Assembly: GCA_041576165.1 (NCBI GenBank)
Contig: JBFGLM010000012.1
Location: forward strand, 1-64,000
Direction of reading: 5' to 3'
Length of the DNA stretch: 64,000 nt
From: Acidimicrobiia bacterium
GTDB taxonomy: Bacteria > Actinomycetota > Acidimicrobiia > Spongiisociales > Spongiisociaceae
The notes beneath the pieces are model-generated. The model had not been told where the DNA came from. It was given only the letters and a program-made list of their open reading frames with translations, and searched no databases. A program made the position numbers and the translations under genes. The first letter of the stretch is position 1, and every line of letters begins with the position of its first letter. Of this stretch, positions 59,207 to 64,000 are shown in pieces.

Positions 59207-60364
59207 TCAGCCGGACGCCAGCCGGTCCACCAAAGCCAGGTACCGCTCCGCCTCGGCCGCCCAGTGGTGCTCGTCGAAGAACCGTCGAGCCCGGCGGGTC
59301 CTGGTGGCCGCTGCAGCCGGATCGGCTAGCACCTCGCGCAGCCGGCTCGCGAAGGCCTCCGGCGTGGCGTGGTCCACTGTGTAGAGCGGGCCTGGATCGA
59401 AGTAGTCGGTCAGCCCTTCTGTCCGAGTGATGACGGCCGGGATGCCGAGAGCGAGATACTCCATGAACTTCGTCGACAGAACCAGGCGTCCGAATCCGTC
59501 GTGGCGGTTGGCAACCACCCCGGCGCTGACCCGTCCCAGCGCGGCCGGTATCTCGTGAGTGGGAACCCGCCCGGCACTGAACTCGACGCGGCCGGCCAGA
59601 TCGTGCCGGGCCGCCCGCGCCTCCAGTTGCGGTTTCAGGTCTCCGTCGCCGACAATCCGCACGGTCAGCTCGGGGAACTCGGGCACGAGCAGCGCGGCGG
59701 CATCGAGCAACACATCGGGCCCGTACCGGGGTACCAGCGTCCCGTGGTAACTCAGGACGGGTCGGTCGGGCGGGGGCGGGATGAGATCACGCCAGAAGAT
59801 GGCGGGATCGGGCAGGTTCATGATGACGGTCACCTTGTCGCCGGGAATCCCACGATCTGCCAGCCGCCTGCGAAATGTCTCCGATACGGTCAACACGTGC
59901 GACGCGGCAGCAGTACTGAGCCACTCCGAGAACCGGATGGCAGCCTGCGCCCATATCTTTCTGCCACCAAATCGATCACCGAACAGCTCGGGCGTGAGGT
60001 CATGTATGTCCAGTACCACCGGGGTCGAGCGAATTCTCATCGGGAGCGCGCTGATGATCGCAAAATCAGGTGGAGTGTGTATCTGCACGTAATCACAGCC
60101 CGACGACTGCCGCCAAGCTTGCGCAAGGGCCCACTGCACAAAGCGCCGGTATCCACGGAGGTATTCGCCCAGCGCTGAGCCCCGATACCGGGGCATCACC
60201 AGATTCCGAACCTGCACCGGGCCGACGGTGGTTTCCGGATCCGCGGGCGGTTCGGCTATCGCCAGCACCGACACCTCCCAACCCGCCCGGGCCAGTGCTT
60301 CAGCATGGCGGCGGACCCGCGGATCGGACTCGTACACGGAGTAGACGATGTGTAGGGCCTTCAT
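59207..60364 (-). CDS. Glycosyltransferase family 4
   Basis: DPRVRRHA.AL, HTPPDF, LDIHDLTPE, YHGTL..RYG, IVGDG, KFMEY.ALG.P. Confidence 0.9.
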   Translation of the reverse strand: MKALHIVYSVYESDPRVRRHAEALARAGWEVSVLAIAEPPADPETTVGPVQVRNLVMPRYRGSALGEYLRGYRRFVQWALAQAWRQSSGCDYVQIHTPPDFAIISALPMRIRSTPVVLDIHDLTPELFGDRFGGRKIWAQAAIRFSEWLSTAAASHVLTVSETFRRRLADRGIPGDKVTVIMNLPDPAIFWRDLIPPPPDRPVLSYHGTLVPRYGPDVLLDAAALLVPEFPELTVRIVGDGDLKPQLEARAARHDLAGRVEFSAGRVPTHEIPAALGRVSAGVVANRHDGFGRLVLSTKFMEYLALGIPAVITRTEGLTDYFDPGPLYTVDHATPEAFASRLREVLADPAAAATRTRRARRFFDEHHWAAEAERYLALVDRLASG

Positions 60365-60500
60365 CGTGCCTCTCGGTCCGCCGGTGGCGCCGGCAGCGAA
60401 ATCGGATCCTGGCTGTTCGATTGACTGGCGCGCCAGGCTACCGGCACGCGCCCTCCGGGTGTCGCCGATGCCTGCCCTGCCCGTGCCTACACTCCCGCCG

Positions 60501-61121
60501 GTGGATGTGACACCCCGGTTGGCGATCGCGGTGCTGGTGTCAGGGTCTGGCTCCAACCTCGCGGCGATTCTCGACCGCCAGACTGCAGATGCCGCCTTTG
60601 GTGCCCGCGTCGTCCTAGTGCTGGCCGACCGCCACGGCATCAAGGCGCTCGACCGGGCCGAGGCGGCTGGTGTGCCGTGGGAGGTGGTGAACTGGGGCGA
60701 CTATCCAGACCGGATCACCTTCACGTCGGCTGTGTGCGATGTTGTGGATCGCTACGGGGCCGAGGCCTTGGTGCTGGCGGGCTTCATGCGGGTGCTGGCT
60801 CCTGAAGCTGTCGAACGATTCCCCCACCGGATCCTCAACACCCACCCGGCGCTGCTGCCGGCTTTTCCGGGCGCCCACGCCGTCCGCGATGCGCTCGCCT
60901 ATGGCGTGAAGGTGAGCGGGGTCACCGTTCACTTCGTGGACGAGCAAGTCGACCACGGGCCGATCATCGCCCAAGAGGCGGTGGCGGTGCATGAGGACGA
61001 TGGCGTCACCGCACTCCATGCTCGCATCCAGTCGATCGAGCATCGCTTGTACCCAGAGGTCATCGATGCTTTTGCCAAAGGAAGACTCCACGTGGGTGGG
61101 AGGAAGGTGACCTGGTCATGA
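60501..61121 (+). CDS. purN: Phosphoribosylglycinamide formyltransferase
   Basis: VLVSGSGSNL.A, LAGFMRVL, NTHPALLPAFPG, GVTVHFVD..VDHGPII.Q. Confidence 0.96.
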   Translation: MDVTPRLAIAVLVSGSGSNLAAILDRQTADAAFGARVVLVLADRHGIKALDRAEAAGVPWEVVNWGDYPDRITFTSAVCDVVDRYGAEALVLAGFMRVLAPEAVERFPHRILNTHPALLPAFPGAHAVRDALAYGVKVSGVTVHFVDEQVDHGPIIAQEAVAVHEDDGVTALHARIQSIEHRLYPEVIDAFAKGRLHVGGRKVTWS

Positions 61122-62698
61122 CGACACGTGCCGTACGAACCGCGCTGCTCTCGGTGTCCGACAAGACCGGTCTGCCAGAGTTCGCGGTCCGTCTGGTCAC
61201 GGCGGGCGTGCGGCTCATCTCGTCGGGCGGAACGGCCGCCGTGCTGGCCGAGGCCGGAGTACCGGTCACTGCCGTGAGCGATGTGACCGGCCATCCCGAG
61301 GTGCTGGGCGGACGGGTGAAGACACTCCACCCTCGTATCCACGGCGGAATTCTGGCCGATCGGGACGATCCGGAGCACCTGGCGGAGCTTGAAGCGCACG
61401 GCATCGAACCGATCGATCTCATAATCGTCAACCTCTATCCATTCGAGGAGACCGTCGCAGATGGCTCCCCGCCGGAACCCGTTGTCGTTGAGAACATCGA
61501 CATCGGTGGCCCCGCCATGATCCGTGCTGCCGCCAAGAACTTCCATCATGTGGCCGTGGTGACCTCACCCGATCGCTACGACGAGGTGGCGACCGCGGTG
61601 GCGTCCGGAGGTCTCGATGCAGAATTCCGGCGCAGCCTGGCCACAGAGGCGTTCTTTCACACGGCTGCCTACGACGCAGCGATCGTCGGCTGGCTCGAGC
61701 GAGAACGCGAAATGCCGTCCCGCATCGTGATGCCGTTGCGGCGTGTTACCGGATTGCGCTACGGCGAGAATCCGCACCAAGACGCAGCGGTGTACGCTGA
61801 TGCCGGCCCGTTTGCGTGGTTCGGTGCGGAAACCCCCCTCTACGACCCTCCGGTTCTGATCCGGGCCACCCAGCTGCAGGGCAAGGAGATGTCGTTCAAC
61901 AACTACGGCGACGCCGAAGCCGCCTGGCGCCTCGTCAACGAGTTCGGGATGTTCAGCCCCGCGGCGGTGGTCGTCAAGCACGCGAATCCCTGCGGCGTAG
62001 CACTCGGACCGACGCTGTCCGCTGCCTTCGCCAAGGCGTGGGCCTGCGACCCCATATCGGCGTTCGGGTCGGTGGTTGGCTTGAACCAGCCGGTCACCGA
62101 GCAGACTGCCCGGGCCATCATCGACACCGGATTTGTTGAGGTACTCGTGGCTCCCCACGTGGAGGATGCCGCGCTAGGCGTATTCTCATCCAAGCCGGGG
62201 CTGCGAGTGCTGACAGCCCTGCCGGCCGCGGGGACCGGTCCCGACTTTCGGCGCATCAGCGGAGGTTTCCTGATGCAGGAGCGCGATCAGATACGGGCTG
62301 GGGACGAGGTCGAGACCGCCACGGTTGTGTCGGAGCGTGAGCCGACTCGGGAAGAATGGGCCAATCTCCGGTTCGCATGGACGGTCGCCGCCCACACCAA
62401 ATCGAACGCCGTCGTGATCGCGGCGGACGGTGCCGCTGTCGGCATCGGTGCCGGGGACCAGAGCCGGGTTGGAGCAGCGGCGCGGGCCATCGAGCAAGCG
62501 GGCGGTCGGGCCGGTGGCGGGGTGGCCGCATCCGACGCCTTCTTCCCTTTCCGGGACGGGATCGATTCGCTGGCCGTTGCCGGGGTCCGGGCGGTCATCG
62601 AGCCGGGTGGCTCCAAACGAGACGACGAGGTGATCGCGGCTGCGAATGAGCACGGCATTTCACTCGTGTTCAGCGGCGTCCGCCACTTTCTCCACTGA
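61118..62698 (+). CDS. purH: Bifunctional AICAR transformylase / IMP cyclohydrolase
   Basis: ALLSVSDKTG, GRVKTLHP, ENIDIGGP, LRYGENPHQ, VKHANPCG, ASDAFFPF.D, RHFLH. Confidence 0.97.
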   Translation: MTTRAVRTALLSVSDKTGLPEFAVRLVTAGVRLISSGGTAAVLAEAGVPVTAVSDVTGHPEVLGGRVKTLHPRIHGGILADRDDPEHLAELEAHGIEPIDLIIVNLYPFEETVADGSPPEPVVVENIDIGGPAMIRAAAKNFHHVAVVTSPDRYDEVATAVASGGLDAEFRRSLATEAFFHTAAYDAAIVGWLEREREMPSRIVMPLRRVTGLRYGENPHQDAAVYADAGPFAWFGAETPLYDPPVLIRATQLQGKEMSFNNYGDAEAAWRLVNEFGMFSPAAVVVKHANPCGVALGPTLSAAFAKAWACDPISAFGSVVGLNQPVTEQTARAIIDTGFVEVLVAPHVEDAALGVFSSKPGLRVLTALPAAGTGPDFRRISGGFLMQERDQIRAGDEVETATVVSEREPTREEWANLRFAWTVAAHTKSNAVVIAADGAAVGIGAGDQSRVGAAARAIEQAGGRAGGGVAASDAFFPFRDGIDSLAVAGVRAVIEPGGSKRDDEVIAAANEHGISLVFSGVRHFLH

Positions 62699-63775
62699 GC
62701 ACTTCTCCACTGAGCGCGTCTCCGGTCCGCTCACGGCAACAATGTCGGTCGCGAGTGCCTCCAGCCGCTCCTCATCGACTGAGACGCCGATCCCTGGCGC
62801 AGTTCTGGGCTGTACGTCGCCGCCGGCCAGCTCCCACGGATCAAACACGATGTCTTCGCGCAGGTGCTCTGCCGCGGGAGAGAAGTCCACGAACTGCACC
62901 TCGGGGGCGGTGGCCAGGGCCAGCGTATGCGCTTTTCCTACGCTGGTCTCGAACAGCCCGGAGGCTTTGAGCGGGATACCCTCGGTTCGCGCCCAGCGGA
63001 TGATCCGCTCAGCCTCCGTCACGCCCACCCGACCCAGCTTTATCGTCGGGACGTCGGCGGCTCCCGACCGCACGACACGGCGGGCGTCGGCTTCACCCCG
63101 TATGTCCTCGTCAGCCACGACGAGCGCCGGGGTGGTGGAACGCAACGTCGCCGCCAGATGGTCGTGTCCTACCGGGAAGGGTTGCTCGATGTACGTGGGG
63201 CTGCGACCGGCAATAGCAATCAGGCTGGCGGCGATCTCCGGGTAGGAGGCGTTGGCGTCCACAGCGAGACTCAGGCGGGGGAACGCCGAACGCACCGCAT
63301 CGAATGGCTCGACGTCGCGCCCGGGCTCGATCTTGAGTTTGATCGCTCGGTAGCCTCGTTCGACCAGGCCCGCAACCTCTGCCAGCAGGGCGTCGAGGTT
63401 GTCGTGCAACCCGACCGCCGCGCAGGCGGAAAGGGGGTCGGGTTCGCCGTTCCACCGCCGCCACACCGGTTCCGCGGCCGTGCGAGCCGAATGGTCGACT
63501 GCCGCCTCTTCCCGCGCGGCCTGGGCCGCATCACCGAGCGACGGCTGCCGCTCATCGTTCGGGGCGGACCACGCCGCGGCCGACGTCAGCGCCCGCCAGG
63601 TGGCGTCGGCGTCGAGGACGGTTTGCCCCGGCCAGGGCGCCGCCTCGCCCCATCCGCGCACGCCGTCGGCTTCGTGACAGACCACAATCAGCTCACGGGT
63701 GGCTACGCGGCGACCAGCTGCCCGGAACGGCGTCACGAAGGGAATGGCGATTCGGTATACGACGAGCCGGTGCAC
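62660..63775 (-). CDS. menC: o-Succinylbenzoate synthase / N-acylamino acid racemase (enolase superfamily)
   Basis: [44 protein letters not shown]. Start tentatively GTG 63775. Confidence 0.78.
   Translation of the reverse strand: MHRLVVYRIAIPFVTPFRAAGRRVATRELIVVCHEADGVRGWGEAAPWPGQTVLDADATWRALTSAAAWSAPNDERQPSLGDAAQAAREEAAVDHSARTAAEPVWRRWNGEPDPLSACAAVGLHDNLDALLAEVAGLVERGYRAIKLKIEPGRDVEPFDAVRSAFPRLSLAVDANASYPEIAASLIAIAGRSPTYIEQPFPVGHDHLAATLRSTTPALVVADEDIRGEADARRVVRSGAADVPTIKLGRVGVTEAERIIRWARTEGIPLKASGLFETSVGKAHTLALATAPEVQFVDFSPAAEHLREDIVFDPWELAGGDVQPRTAPGIGVSVDEERLEALATDIVAVSGPETRSVEKCSVEKVADAAEHE
62684..62715. repeat. Short tandem duplication at the purH stop
   Basis: CACTTTCTCCACTGAG-CACTTCTCCACTGAG. 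Confidence 0.75.
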
Positions 63776-63864
63776 GCCTCCGACTGTACTGGGGGCGGCC
63801 GGCCCGGCCCCTCGATCTGACGCTACCCTTTGGCGCGATCTCACTGACAGTCAAGGAGTCGCGC

Positions 63865-64000
63865 ATGGCTACCCCCATCACGATGGGAGATGACGGACTT
63901 GTCGTCCCCGACGAGCCGCTCGTACCGTTCATCGAAGGGGACGGCATTGGCCCCGACATATGGTCGGCAGCCGTTGGCGTATTCGATGCCGCTGTCGCCA
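63865..64000 (+). CDS. icd: NADP-dependent isocitrate dehydrogenase, 5' partial
   Basis: [33 protein letters not shown]...FDAAV; SD AAGGAG. Confidence 0.9.
   Translation, partial: MATPITMGDDGLVVPDEPLVPFIEGDGIGPDIWSAAVGVFDAAVA

Noticed and set aside
60418-60500. ZMP/ZTP riboswitch before purN-purH (TGACTGGCG present)
   Set aside because: The GGGGAGCG segment and the 3' CGCCTGGGC hairpin are absent; the same bases fit promoter elements better.

Overview
High-GC actinobacterial chromosome segment. Bpa, GuaB3, SLH plus LPxTG proteins and the gene order suggest an Acidimicrobiia-like organism (inference). A typical actinobacterial backbone (cimA, trpS, purine-nucleoside ABC transporter, guaB3-guaA, pcrA, B12-binding mutase subunit, sucCD, purN-purH, icd) is interrupted by three accessory blocks: (i) a receptor-less CheA-REC / REC-GAF / sensorless His-kinase module between guaA and pcrA; (ii) tal, a sortase substrate and an ABC-2 exporter; (iii) a Wzx/Wzy polysaccharide cluster followed by an EndoV-like gene, osmC, an ECF sigma factor with a disrupted anti-sigma gene, and a GT4. 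I saw no rRNA, tRNA, CRISPR array, integrase or transposase. The main signals missing from the ORF track are an Ile-rich leader-peptide attenuator before cimA, a Trp-Trp-Trp leader attenuator before trpS, a candidate ~225-nt structured sRNA on the + strand between hisN and cimA, recurring FliA/WhiG-like promoter motifs in front of the CheA module, ECF sigma and glycosylation genes, and tandem DnaA boxes before guaB3-guaA. The EndoV homologue lacks most catalytic residues. All calls come from reading motifs by eye; no searches or folding programs were run.
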